Shown piece after piece: positions 39,440-52,680 of a stretch of 60,000 nt of DNA (positions are counted from its first letter, which is position 1; each line of letters starts with the position of its first letter). Source of the DNA: Callorhinchus milii (Eukaryota). The stretch is taken from the NCBI RefSeq assembly GCF_018977255.1, contig NW_024704742.1, positions 15,006,001 to 15,066,000 of the forward strand, written 5' to 3'. Made by a program: the position numbers and the translations under genes. The notes beneath the pieces were generated by a model that made no database searches, had not been told where the DNA came from, and saw nothing but the letters and a program-made list of their open reading frames with translations.

Positions 39440-39515
39440 GATGTAATTCAATCAACTAGTCCTAATGACACCATAAATCATGTGAAGAAATCTCCTATTG
39501 ATTAATGACAGCAGA
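39440..39515. promoter_or_regulatory. Candidate developmental enhancer core (Pbx-Hox and Meis motifs)
   Basis: CCATAAATCA (TGATTTATGG on minus) at 39471, TGATTAATGA at 39499 and TGACAG at 39506, in repeat-free DNA. Motif evidence only. Confidence 0.4.
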
Positions 39516-39829
39516 AATCCAAGTTTCAATCAAAGCTGAAAACTCACTGCCAACAACGTATTATCATGCTTAATATGTCCTTTCCGTCTCCAGGCCCCAC
39601 GGGCTCTACAATCCCCCGGTGGATCGAATTCAAGATCCTCATTCTCACATTCAGATCCCTCCACAGACTCACCCCATCCGACCCGCAACTCTATTAATTC
39701 AGCCACTCCATCCGCTCAGGAAGCTTCATGTACCCCACCTGATCTTCATCGCAGTTGCTGGGCAAACTTTCAGCCATTCAAATAGCAAAATATCCCACAA
39801 ATAACTATACAGGTAATTTCCCTGCTAAA

Positions 39830-40008
39830 AAAAATAGTCATTCACTTCAAGGCTGTTTGTGGGGCACTGCTATGTGCAAACTGGTTCCCACATTAGCCTA
39901 CAAAACACACAGTCAGTACATTTTTCAGTAACTCCTGTCAAGTGTTTTGGATTTTTAGGCAATACAATAACGTCAAACTTGCATCAAATTCAAAAATTAT
40001 TATTATTA
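39830..40008 (+). mobile_element. Deu-type SINE 3' half
   Basis: GTCATTCACTTC..GGCTGTTTGTGGGGCACTGCTATGTGCAAACTGG followed by the tail. Confidence 0.8.
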
Positions 40009-40009
40009 A

Positions 40010-40275
40010 AATGAATAACCAATATTATCTAGCAGATTATTGGTCCAGACACTGGGAAAAACTTTTTTCTCTTTTTGGATAATGCAATGGGATCTTTAAT
40101 GTCAATTTCAGTTTAATGACCTCAGTTTAACTTCTCATTCAAAACATATATCCCAAATAACCACAGCACCATGCTGTAGTATCAGCCTGGAGCATTAAGT
40201 CAAATCCTAACCAGAGGCTCGAACACACAATTTTCTGATCCAGGGGTGTGAGAGTGCTACCAACTGGTCCTAGCT
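40010..40275 (-). mobile_element. Deu-type SINE 5' half
   Basis: ATGGGATCTTTAATGTC, ATCAGCCTGGA and GAGAGTGCTACCAACTG. Confidence 0.75.
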
Positions 40276-41668
40276 CAATGAGATAGAGGAATTCAAAGAA
40301 TATGGCAGCATGTGACAAGGTTAAAGTAATGTTCAGATGGTCTGAAATTCATAAGGCCACATATCCCCCTCCACTCCCCATTGAGTACCAGACAGTGGAT
40401 GCATATTTTCACAAAGCCATTGGAAATTAGGGAACACATTCCCTTTAGAACACAAGGATTGAAACACTTCATTACTAAATTAGCATCTACTGATTAAACA
40501 TGAATTACAAAACAAACCTGTTATGATATGGCTTGCTATAGTTTGTTTATCATGTGATTGGATTGTGGACCCCAATATTTTCTTACCTGTAAATCAAAAT
40601 GATGTCCTCCAAACACGATCAACTCAAAAAGGTGTCTGAAGTCCTGGTGTCAGGTCTATAAATGTCACTTACTATGTGTCTCACTCGTGTGCTATGTACA
40701 TGAAGTGTAAAAAAAAATATCTTTTTGCTCTCCACCCAAGAATTTCAGTATCGTGTTACTGAACAATCATAGAGATGTTTTCCTTACAGCAATTTTTTTA
40801 CCACAAGAAGTGTGAGTATTTCTATCAATGTTACATTCATGCAGTAAGTGTAATAAAAGCAAATCAAAGCTTTGAGACACTTTTTCGGGCGCTGAAGCAG
40901 TAACGGTTTCTGTTTTTCATCGTTAGTGGTTAATAGACTCTTGCTCAGTTATAGGTGACAGAATTTGTTCTATTGCCCATTAACATCATTGACAGAAGAC
41001 AGTAGTTCACTGAAGTAAATTGATAGGTCATAAGTAATACCCCATGAGGTTCAAGCCAAGCTTTCATCCTGGTGACAAATTTACTTTAAACATTCTTTGT
41101 GCAGCAGGTTTGGAGAAAGCCAAGGACTTGAATTGTGTGGGGTCTCAACGGGGTCAAGCACTGCGCAAAAAAAAACTGACACCAGTCAACGGTCTGTTCA
41201 CATCCCTGTGCTTTGAAATCTTTGAGCTTAGCACTTAAGTAGATTTGCAATTGTACGTTCTTTCATTTTTTCTGCTTAAAATCTCTATATTACACAGATC
41301 ACAAAAATATTGTGAAGTATTTGTGACAAGTTTATAATTATTGGAAAGTGCCATCATAAAGCAATCAGTGTAAGACTTAGGACACTGAGCAGTCATTGTT
41401 TTGTTGCTGTAATCTTCTCTCGCAGTTTGTTGTATTTCTTGCTCGGTCTGTTCAATCAACTCCATTATGTGGAGCTGTTTCAGTTGGGATACGCTCTCAC
41501 CTCATGTGACTGATAAAGTTCATTTCCAAAAATGCAGAGTCACCACACTGTATACGAAATCCTGAGAAGTGCTTTGCAATATCCTCCTGAAATGAAAAAT
41601 GCTGCATCAAGTGCAAGATTAATTATTATTTATTATAAGTTCCATAAAAGCCTAAAACATTGGTTAAA

Positions 41669-42400
41669 TCCTTTCTACCCCACATCCGTGCCATGACCCT
41701 CTCTGCCTTCCCCCACCTCCGCAACATTGCCTAACTCTGCCACTGTCTCACACTGCAGGTCGCCGAAACCCTCATACACGCATTCGTAACATCCAAGCTT
41801 GACTATGCAAACTCACTGCTTATCGGCTTCCGCAACTCCTCCTGTCATAGGCTGCAGATCATCCAGAACTCTGCAGCCCGTGTCCTCTCCCTGACCAGGC
41901 TTCATTACCCTATTACCCCCATCCTCACCTGACTCCACTGGCTTCCCATCACACAGAGGATAGAGTTCAAGATCCTGGTCCTCACTTTCAAAGTCCTCTG
42001 TGGCATTGCTATCCCCTACCTCTCCGACCTCCTAACACCCTACCACCCTGCTTACTCCCTCCGCCCAGCGGGCTCGGGCCTGCTTCATGTCACTCACCTC
42101 GCCCGCCCCATCATTGGCGGCGGGCTTTAAGCCACTCTGCCCCCACCCTCTGGAACTCCATCCCGCAGTCCCTCCACCTCGTCCTCTCCTTTGTCTCCCT
42201 CAAGTTCCATCTCAAGACCCTCCTCTTTGACCGTACTTTCAGTCACCCTCCTTCTCCTTCTCCCTCTGCCCTCCACCCTCCCCAATCCCAAACCCCCCAC
42301 CTCGGGTCTGAAACACTGACTGTCCAGCACCTTGAGATTTCCTCCCGAAGTGAAAGGCACTATACAAATGTAATTTTGTTGTTGTTGTTGTTGTTATTGT
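41669..42400 (+). mobile_element. L2 3' fragment
   Basis: AETLIHAFVTSKLDYANSLL and LQIIQNSAARVL coding remnants, 3' UTR and (TTG)n tail. Confidence 0.95.
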
Positions 42401-43544
42401 AAAGGGATCAAAAGAGTAAATGCAAATGAAGGAATAATTGACCAAAGCTGGATATCATCAATACTCTGCAATGTTAGTACAATGAAATAATAACAAACAA
42501 AATTCGTTGACTTTTGTGGAAACAATACTAATATTCATCATGCTGGGTAACACAGCTGTTAGAAATATTCTTTTAAATTAAAAAAACTCTTAGTAAAACT
42601 GATCTGAACAGGAAAGCCATATTTTTAATTTTCAGGCCAGTTAGTTGTCAAAGGTTTGCATTCTAAACGTATCCTTTAAATTTATAAGGTGTCAGCATAC
42701 AATTTTCTTACAGAGAATATGTAGCGATTTGCTATCTTTCTACTGTAGAACCACAGAAATTTATGGCACAGAAGAAGGAAATTCAGCCCAGCAAGTCTAT
42801 TCTGATGTATAGTGGGGGGCATTTTCCTCAAAGAAAGAAAAAAACTTGAAATTTTTTTCACTACCTTATCACTTCAAAATATCTCAAAGTGCTTTAGAGT
42901 AATTCTTGTCAAGTGTGGTAGCTATTTATATTGGTAGTTATTTTCTCACAACAATGTCTTATGAACAGCCATGAGATGAATGATTAATTATTCTGGATGA
43001 ACACTATTTTGAATAGGAGCTTTTATGTCTTGTCGTGTGTGTGTTTTTGAGGCTCGAAGATGACAGTGCAAACAGTGAAGGGAACATAAGTTCATGGTAG
43101 ATGGATATGTTGATTACTATGTAGGCAATACATGACAATCATTGTCTACAATAAGCTGCACAGAAAAATTTTCCTGACGGCATTCTCCTGTTGATTCCTC
43201 TGACACTGCCGATTGTCCCATCTCTTGCACCTTTCCCCAACACACAGTGTTGTTCCTCAAAGCTCTTCACTCCTTTTCTCATCTCAACACACTATTGCTG
43301 TCTAAAGTCCAGGATTTGATTGTCTACTTGAAGAAAAGGCAGATGGGATCTTGTTTTAAGTTATCTGAAAAGTCAATAATTAGGGCTACTTATATAGAAT
43401 TTATACAGTACTTTGGCCTTGTTTTTGGATAACTGAATTGTCATAAAGAGATACATTGAGCAGAGACTCTTCAGCATAGCGCACAAGGATAAAGGAGTAG
43501 TTCTAAAAGAGAATAGCTGATTATGGGGTTCCTGTCCTCTCTCT

Positions 43545-44115
43545 TGAACAGTTGATGCAGCAAGAAGCAAGGCAAACAGCATGTTGAGCTATATTGCCAA
43601 GTCAATTAAGTTCAGATCCCAAGAAGTCATATTCAAGCTATACAGTGCTCTAGCCATGTTACACTGGAATTTGGTGTACAGTTCTGTTGCCTTGGAATAC
43701 CCAAAAGTATTGTTGTGGATTTACTTTCTCAACCACAATTAGAATTTTGTACACTTCCAGAAGGTCTTCTCTGAGTCATCTCTTTCCAAGGTTCCACAAC
43801 CAAAGTGAAGCTTATCTAATTGTTGCTCAAAAATTAATCTCTGCAACACTGGATCAAAGCCCATCTCTCTGTCTTGCACCACCTCTGGGCGTGGGCAGCT
43901 CCTATGTGACCAGAACAAGATGGCACACATCAAAGGCTATCCAGGTCAATTTCAGGACAGACACCAGGATATTTTTCTTTACCCAGAGGGAAATTAACAA
44001 CTGATTGGGGCCAGAACGGTGGATTCATTCAAGAAAAAACAGCTTGGTGCTGTTTGAATGAACAATGGCGTGGATGTTCTGGAAAGATGAGATTGAATGG
44101 CCTGAAGGGTTTTAT
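43545..44115 (+). mobile_element. Old CR1 ORF2 C-terminal and 3' fragment
   Basis: KANSMLSYIAKSIKFRSQEVIFKLYSAL remnant, FFTQR.IN.W and GATTGAATGGCCT. Confidence 0.8.
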
Positions 44116-46171
44116 TCATACAATCCTCAACACTTGCATTTATACAGCACCCTATTGCACCCTTCAAACAGGGTAACATCTTGGAGCACTTAAACCTCTC
44201 ATGATCTTTTCATCGCAGATTGACACTTGAAGTAGAACATGAAGAATATATAATTTTGCCAATTTTTTTTCAAAAAGGAGAAAATAAATGTATTAATAAT
44301 AATAATCCTTGCATTTGATACTGTAAAGTGAATTGATTGTATATTTATAAATATATATTTTGTGCTTCATTTAAAATGATTGTTTCTGGTTTATTCTTAT
44401 GTGGTGTTATCTGAAATAATAAGCAATTATAGTTCATGAGTGGATTGAATTAAGGTATGGAAGATCAGATCTATCTTCTGCTGGCATTATTGAAGAGATA
44501 TTCAAAAAATAAACATACCCTGTGGAATATTCTGAAAACATCCTTTTGATCCTAATGGCTTATTCTAACATTTTTATATTCCTATTTAGTCTATATTTTG
44601 ACAGTGGTCTTTGTGGTTGCTTCTCACTGATGTTGTGTGGTGAGCATGGTGACTTTAGAATCTGACATTAATATTCCCATCATTAATCCACAGGATCACT
44701 GTTGGTATGAGAGAAGGAAGGAACAGTGAGGTTCACATAGAACAATCTGTGCCTGAAGACCATAGATGCAATCTCGTGTGGAGAGTCCTCTGTTTTTGAC
44801 CTCTAAACTCCCTTTCATCCCCACCCACTGTCGGATAATAATAATAAATAATAATATTGCTTGTATTTGATATCGTGGCTTTCATGGCAGCCAGACATCT
44901 AAATGCTTTTCACAGGATTTACTGTAAAACATAGTGATTGTGTATTTTTAGGCAAATACACAATTGCAGCTACAATTGCAGCACATGCCGCTGTATAGTC
45001 CTTCACTACTCACTTTGCCAACAACTCACAGACTTACTGCATACTCAGTCCACAGCTAAATAAAGCTGAACTTTCAAGGAGCCTCGGAGATAGTGGAGAA
45101 TTAGCATTTTTCAAGCTCAACTGTCTTCCATCGAATTCCATTTTAAAACATTATTTTGAAACAACCACTTATACCATGAGGTGGAAATTTGGAAGTTGCA
45201 TTTCAAATGGATGAAATGTTCCTCAAGTCAAATTGGCAACTTTCAGGTTATTGTCATGTATACGTTACTTTAATTGACAGGAGAAAGTGTCTTAAAGGGA
45301 AAGATTTACTATGGGGCTACAGTACAGAGATCATACTTTGCTATTACTGTATTTGTGCTAAGTTGTTAGTTTTGGCATAATAGATAATAGTATAATAGAT
45401 ACCATAAACCAGTAGGTTCACTTCACCGTTAAAGGCCACATATTTGACCTATGGTCACTTTACAAGTCAGATTGAATTTTGTATCATTTCATCTTGATGC
45501 CACTTTTTGCTATGCTTGTTCCTTACTAAAATTAAACTAGCCATTTGACCTGAGGGTTAACCTGGAAAAGCAGTAAAATGTAATCTGTTTTTATTTTGCT
45601 AACGATTTAGTTCGTGTGTAAGCCAAATGCTGGGACAGTCCCCTTCTCTGAAATGTGTGACTGATTTCCCACAATCTTGTAGCTATTTACCAGTGTCATA
45701 TAAATGTCAGACATGTGCTGTTTGTTGCTGTAGAAAAACATTGTTCAGAAAAACCCTTATTTAGCAAAGCTGAAGAGGTTAAAGATCCATTTATATTACA
45801 TGTTTGACAATCAATCTCCATAATTTTTGCATCGATTTAGAAGTTATTTTACTTTTACAATCCAAGTGTATCCTTAGTGTTTATGACCCTTGACTTTCAT
45901 TCTATTCAGGAACTGGCAATCACATTTCCAAGATGATACGTTACTGGTTGAACCATGGTTCTAGTTTTCCAGCCAATTGTGAGATTCTGATCATCGGCAG
46001 AACTTGACGGTGAAACTAGTCACTGGGAGAAGGATTCTTCTCACTTATGTTAACTCTGCAAACCAAAACCCTAACAGGTAGGGTGGTCCCAGATGAACAA
46101 GCAGAGTGAATCATGCCAGTCAGTGCTCTCAATGGCAAGCTATGTGGTTTTAAAATTAACTTATGTTGGGA

Positions 46172-46272
46172 TGCCATGGATCAAAAAGGAGGTGAAGCAA
46201 AACTGCAGCAAAGGAAAAAAGCATTTGAAAAGTATAAACTAGACAACGGAGAGGAAAACAGGAGTCAATACA
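46172..46272 (+). mobile_element. CR1 ORF2 internal (tether) fragment
   Basis: PWIKKEVK followed by KKAFEKYK...ENRSQY, typical of the CR1 endonuclease-RT linker. Confidence 0.55.
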
Positions 46273-46275
46273 GCA

Positions 46276-47345
46276 AACAACAACCACAAAATTACATTTG
46301 TATAGCGCCTTTCACGTTGGGAGGACGTCCCAAGGCGCTGGACAGACAGAGTTACGAACCCAAGCTGGGGTTCGGGGTGGGGGAGGATGGAGGGCAGAAG
46401 GGAAGCAGGGAGATCAAAAGCATGGTCAATGAGGAGGGTCTTGAGGTGGGTCTTGAAGGTGGCGATGGAGGGGGCGAAATGGAGGGACTGCGGGAAGGAG
46501 TTCCAGAGGGTGGGTTTAGTGTGGCGGAAGGCCAGCCCGCCGATAGTGGGGCAACCAAGGTGGGGGACATGAAACAGGCCGGAGCCCGTTGAGCGGAGGG
46601 AACGAACAGGGTGGTGGGGCTAAGGAGGTTGGAGAGGTCGGGGGGAGCAAGACCAAGGAGGGCTTTGAAGGTGACGACCAGGATCTTGAACTGTATCCTC
46701 TGTGCGATGGGAAGCCAGTGGAGTTGGGCAAGGATGGGGGTGATAGGGTCGCGGAGTCTAGTGCGGGAGAGGACACGGGCTGCAGAGTTCTGGATGATCT
46801 GCAGCCTGTGGAGGGAGGAGTTGGGGAGGCGACAAGTAGTGAGCTTGCACAGTCGAGCCTCGATGTGATGAAGGCACGAATGAGGATTTCTGCGGCCTGT
46901 GGAGTGAGATAGTGTCGGAACCAGGCGATGTTGCGGAGGTTGGGGAAGGCAGAGCGGGTCATGGTACAGATGTGGGGTAGAAAGGATAGCTGAGGTCAAA
47001 CAAGACTCCAAGGTTCCGGACTGGCTTAGCAAGGTGGAGAGTGCAGCCATGGATGGTGATGCTGTCAGTGCCTGAGGTGAGGAGGCGCTGACGGGAGCCA
47101 ATCAGGAGAGCCTCGGTCTTATTGATGTTCAACTGAAGAAAGTTAGCTCTCATCCAGGACTTGATGTCTGACAGACATTCTGTCAGCACAGCAGAGTCAA
47201 TGGTGGAGGCAGAGAGGTAGAGTTGGGTGTCATCTGCATATATATGGAAGTTGACCACATGTCTGCGAATGATATCATCAAGAGGGAGCATAAAGATATT
47301 GAAGAGGAGGGGACCAAGCACAGAGCCCTGAGGAACATCGCATGA
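46276..47345 (-). mobile_element. L2 LINE, 5'-truncated
   Basis: Minus-strand frames give [33 protein letters not shown] and LHWLPIAQRIQFKIL. Reverse tail at 46276. Confidence 0.96.
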
Positions 47346-47364
47346 GATGGTCCGGAGAAACCTA

Positions 47365-47760
47365 GGAAAGAGACTAGGTGATTTTGGAGGAACTACTTCA
47401 TGCAGAGGGGAGTGAGCTTGTGGAACTCGTTGCCTCAAGCAGTGGTTGAATCAGAGAGTATAGATGTATTTAATAACAATTCATGCCTTATCACATCGTT
47501 GAGACGTCTCAAAGTGACTGGATATTTTGTGGGCAAAACGCAGCAGCCAATTGCGCACAGCAGTGTCCCACAAACAGTCATATGTATTTATAATGTATAT
47601 ATATTTATTTGCTATATCAAATGCAAGGGTTATTATTATTATTGTATTATAGATGCATTCAAGAGGAAGCTAAATCTTCATGTGGGGGAGAGGGGAAAGG
47701 AATAAAAGAGTATAAAATGACGTAAAGGAATAGGTGGAGACTCATGTGGAGTATAAACAT
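47365..47760 (+). mobile_element. CR1 3' fragment interrupted by a partly inverted SINE insertion (47474-47647)
   Basis: [16 protein letters not shown], then IDAFKRKL after the insert. The insert is flanked by TATAGATG(T/C)ATT(T/C)AA direct repeats. Confidence 0.85.
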
Positions 47761-49999
47761 TGGCGTCAACCTTACCCCAGATGCAGTCAAAACACTCGTC
47801 TCTGCATTCGTCACCTCCCAAACCAATTTTTCAAATGCCCACTTAGTGCTCTGCCATTATCAAGTGCTCCAGGACGCTTCCCTAATTGCACGTTGTTGTT
47901 GTTGTTGTTGAGTGGCCTGTTTCCGTGCTTTACATTCTTTGTAAATCTTTGTGATACTGTCCAGAATTAGACAACTAGAATGTGTCCTTCCTGGGAGAGT
48001 GCAGATTCCACTCAGACAGAGGGAAATTTCTAAGTTTACGTGGATTACATTTGCGGAACACTTAATCTGGTTTGGATACGGATTTGGCTTTGGAATGGCT
48101 TCAAATTAAGACTGTATTTAAAATTTTGCCAATTTCTGGATGCTCTGAATTATTAGATTATTCGAACAAATCTACACCCAGGTGGAATTTCTCCCCTCAT
48201 ATTTTGACTAGTTGCACTATAGTTTTTGTTCAGCAATAACTAAGAAGTAGTGGATAATTTTCTAGTACAACGGCAAGAGAAATCAGAATGAATTTCCAGG
48301 CATCTGAGATTGACTGAGTTGCTTTCTGTGTTCTCTGTTGTAGAATTTTATTGTTATGAACCTTCTCCCAATTACTGCTTTTGTCGAAAAAATCTTCTGG
48401 TTTCCAGAATACATATACATTGTGGTGAGTCCCTGTGACACTGGCAGTGTAAAGTAATTCTTTACCAAAAAAAAAGCCCTTAATATCCAATATTGTTTGA
48501 GGAGAACTTCATGACCCAACCTATTCAAGACACTTGGAGGATAGTTATTCTCAGCTGGTAGGTTGAGCTAATGTTGCCATATTCTACAGGAGAGATCATT
48601 ACCATTGGTGCATAACTCATGTCAGATGGCATGCAAATGTGAATCCCCTGCAAGGCAATAAAGCGTTTCCGCTGGAACTTGTCCCACTGTGGGGATGAAC
48701 TAGACAGTTAGCCCATTCTGCTTGCCAACTGCATTAGTAGAACAGGCCCTCCCCCTGTGGCTTTCCTGCCTCACTCCTCCAGCCTACACAATAGAAGTAC
48801 AGTGTTGAAAAGGAATGTAAATGAACACAACTAAAGTCCATGGTGCTTCCACTCATTTTCAGCATCTCAGCTCTTTTCAAGCCTTTTACGTCCCCGAACC
48901 AGAGAATGAAGCATATGATTGAACTACTTTTATAAACATTTCTGACCTGGACGCAATGGGAGGGTCCCTGTTGCTGATGTGGGAACTTCTGATGGGATAG
49001 CAAAGCCTACAGAACAGCATTAGGAAATTCACATCTTAAAGCACAGGCGGATGGATGTTTCACCTTCACAAAGCTTTGCTGCGAGTCAATTACAATGATT
49101 AGGAAGTCGCTTATGGATCTTTCAGCAGGAACCTTGTTATCCAGTGGGTTCTGGCAAAAGAAGTTTTTTTTTCACTTCACTTTGATTCTGAGAGAAAACA
49201 AGCTTCACGGGAGCCTTGTGAACTTTAAAGAGAACCAGATCTGATTTCATGGTGCTGGGAATTAACAATTACAGAATCACACGTTCTTAGTGCGTAATCC
49301 ATTATTTCTGCAATAACTGTTAAAGGAATTCTCCCTGCCTGTGAGTTCCTAGTCCCATGCTTAGCCACCAAATTGATTTTGTTCATTGTAAGTGGAGGAA
49401 TTTAGCTTAATTGAATCCACATCCAACCCAGAGGACAATTATACAGCTCAGCCACGCCTATTGTGATAACAGCAGCAGGAGCGATATGTGTGCACCAGTG
49501 CTGAATGTACAAAGACTAGACATGTTGTCATGACTCCCTTGTGTTCTCAAGGTTCCTTCATTGAGAATGTATTTTTTAGTCCCAAGCACTAAAGAATGTT
49601 TTTAAAAAAAGCTTTCAGCAAATTATACTTTGAACAATTAATATAATTTCTGGTGTTCGGTTTCAGTGTAACTTTGTTCCTTTTGTTGCCTTTTTTCACA
49701 TCCAGTTTCCCCTTCTCCTTCTGGAGATGCTGGGATTTGTTTCAACAGGTGCTCTTCATCCTCCTGCACTTCACTAAACTTGAAGTACCTCCTTCTAATC
49801 CATGGAAACACTGTTCCAACACCATCCACCATGAACTCATATTGTCTAGGATGACTAATGCAATGTTGGGGGATCATTGCATTGTTGAAGTGCTCGTCTT
49901 TAGGATGATGCATTAAACCGTCTCCCTGTTCAGGTGGGCGTTAAAGATTCCCATGGCACTATTCAGAAAGAGCAGAGGATTTCTCCTGATGTCCTGGCC

Positions 50000-50410
50000 A
50001 TACAAACGCATGCGACATACATAACACACACACACACCAACAACTTGGGAAAGTGTCTCAGAGTGCTTTAATGGTGGCAGGTTTGGACATAAGTCTTAAT
50101 AACACACAAACATACACCACACACATATGTACACATTCACATCACCCATAAAACACAGAACACCCATTGCATATATACACAAAATACATTAAATGCACAC
50201 CAATCACACGCTACACAAAATACACAGATTACATACCAAACATATACAACATGTACGTCAAATACACAGATGACCAAAACACACAACATCCACTCCAAAC
50301 ACACAAAATATATATACCAAGCACATGCAGACACACACACAAACAAAACACACAGTGTACACAACATAAACACACACAACATGCATGCTAAAATACACAC
50401 ACACACTCAC
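50000..50410. repeat. Degenerate CA-rich simple repeat
   Basis: Long (CA)/(CAA)/(TACA)-rich tract. Confidence 0.9.
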
Positions 50411-50998
50411 TAGATTGCAATAAATGCTCATTATTACCAAGCTTTGATTAGCATAGTAGAGGCTTTAAGAAAACATTTTAATCATATTTTCAAGAATGTG
50501 TCCCATGAATTTCAATATACCAGAACAGGTGGAGAGTGATGCCTAGATAACCTCCCTAAATCTTGCTGAACTAAATCCCTCCGCCAGGCTCTCTCCTTCT
50601 CTGCTTTCCAAACCCGTCTAAAATCCTCTTTGCTGCACCTTCGACCGCCTTCTGTTTATTCTCCCATTTCTCACCCTACTCAGGGCTCCCACTCTGTCTC
50701 TATATTGCAATTTGAGATATTCTCTTATGTGAAAGGCAATCTATACAGCAAATTTGTTCAAGTGTAACTTATGGACAAACAAGCCGACCGCCAGGAAGGC
50801 AAACTAGGTGGACCTTGTTTTTTTTCATCTAGCATTTCTTATGTTTGGTGTGGATGTTGTGTGTTTTGTGTGTCTCTGTGTTTGATGTATATGTTTTTTT
50901 TGTGTGTGTTTGGTACGCATTCTATGCATTTTGTGTGATTGTTGTATATCTGAGTTTTATTCTAAGCTGGTAAAAAAGATTATAAAATTGCTGAATTG

Positions 50999-51310
50999 GA
51001 AACATAGAAACATAGAAATCAACAGCACAGGAGGAGGCCATTCAGCCCATCAAGCCTGAGCCAGCTCAAAGAGCAAGGATATTGCAACAATCCCACCACC
51101 CATACTCCTTCAACTGACTGTTCACCTCCCTTTCTTTACTTTTGTACTCTATGCCCCTCTCTATAAACCCCATTGTGTTAATCTGCTTAAATCCACTTGC
51201 AGTCTCTTTCTATCCTCTTCACTATTCACAATACTTCTTAGCTTGGTATCATCTGCAAACTTTGATACCATACCCCCCATACCCAAGTCAAGGTCATTGA
51301 TATAAATAGA
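50999..51310 (-). mobile_element. CR1 fragments (3' end and RT FADDTK motif)
   Basis: (AAACATAG)n reverse tail, AGGCCATTCAGCCCATC, and GCTTGGTATCATCTGCAAAC (FADDTK on minus). Confidence 0.75.
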
Positions 51311-52680
51311 ATTGGTTAACAAATTGAAGTATTATTTTCTGACCTTTTTTGCTGTTATAAAATATATTTGGGGAAAGAAAATATGGAATGTGATCTGATA
51401 ATTATCACTGGTGATAACTAGGTCACAACTTTGGGAAAGAGAAGGGAGATTTTTCCAGTGTCCTGGCCAACATTGCTCAGATAACATTGATGGTTCACTT
51501 TATGTCTGTCCATGAGATATTCTGTGTGCAAAAGTTCTGCTGGGTTTGCCTACGAATACAGTCACTGCACTTGACAGCTCTTATCTGTGAAGTGTTCTGT
51601 AGACATTTCAAAGTCATAAGAACTTATGCAAAATGCAAGAATTATTATTATTTGAGTCGTGTTTTTGAATTTTATTTTAGTAAATATTTATTGGAAAATA
51701 TCGTCTATACACCTCAAAAAAAGCAATGACCGTTGTTGAAGGATTAACTGAATAGACCATGTTTAAGTGTTTAAGGAGTTGAAACAGTGCCAGATATCTG
51801 TGGCTTTCCTCCATTATCCAATCTCACAGGACTGCTGGATTCAGGCAAATTTGTGATGTAAACTCATTTCAGAATAACACAAGGCTTAAAATGCCAGAAT
51901 TCATTTATTGGAGTCTTTTTAGGAACAAATAATGAAGTTAACCCCAGTTCCCCTATACGATTGTATTTTAAGTAAATCACAACAATTATATACTACTATA
52001 TAACATCTGAAAAACAACTTATTTTCCTGTACATGGCAACAGGAATTTTGGTGTATTTGTTTTTGAATTGCTGAACGTAAAGTGCGGTGTGTAAAGGCAG
52101 CTATTGATATTGATTAGCCTGTGCTGTATATTAGGATGCAATGAGTGTGTGCATGTTTTCAGCACAACATCATAAGTACTGATTTAATCACTGATGGAAT
52201 TAAGTGGGAAAATGTATGGGAAATGAAGTCTCATTGAAATGAAGTTACTGGCAATGTTTATTTTATAACATTTTCTGTGTCATTAATTGTTGGACTCTGA
52301 TGGCTCAGCATATAAAGCAATATTCTGTGCAGCACTAAGCAATGACAAATCAGATTTTATTTGTTGTCTGCTAAGTTTGCTGGTTTCTGCTGAGGCATCA
52401 GTTAGAATTCCACAGTTGTCCTATTCATGTTTTCCACCCAATCCATCCACTATCAGCAGATGGGCTTTCAGCCATTCTACCTGCACTCTCTGGAACTCCA
52501 CACCGGAATACCTCAAACTAGCTTCCTTCTTCCCATCTTTCAAGGCACATCCCAAAACATTCCTCTTTGACCTCGCTTTCGGTCATTTATCTCCTCTCCC
52601 CCTCTTTGGTTCCCGCCTCCAGCTTGTGTGTGCCCATCCAGCACTGTGAATGCACTTTGGCACACTTTCAACTACAACAA

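Noticed and set aside
46113..47438. Several overlapping ORFs of 100-250 aa
   Set aside because: They are frames and antisense frames of a decayed L2 plus a small CR1 fragment.
50137..50440. Cys/Val-rich and Thr/His-rich ORFs
   Set aside because: They are translations of a CA/TG simple repeat.
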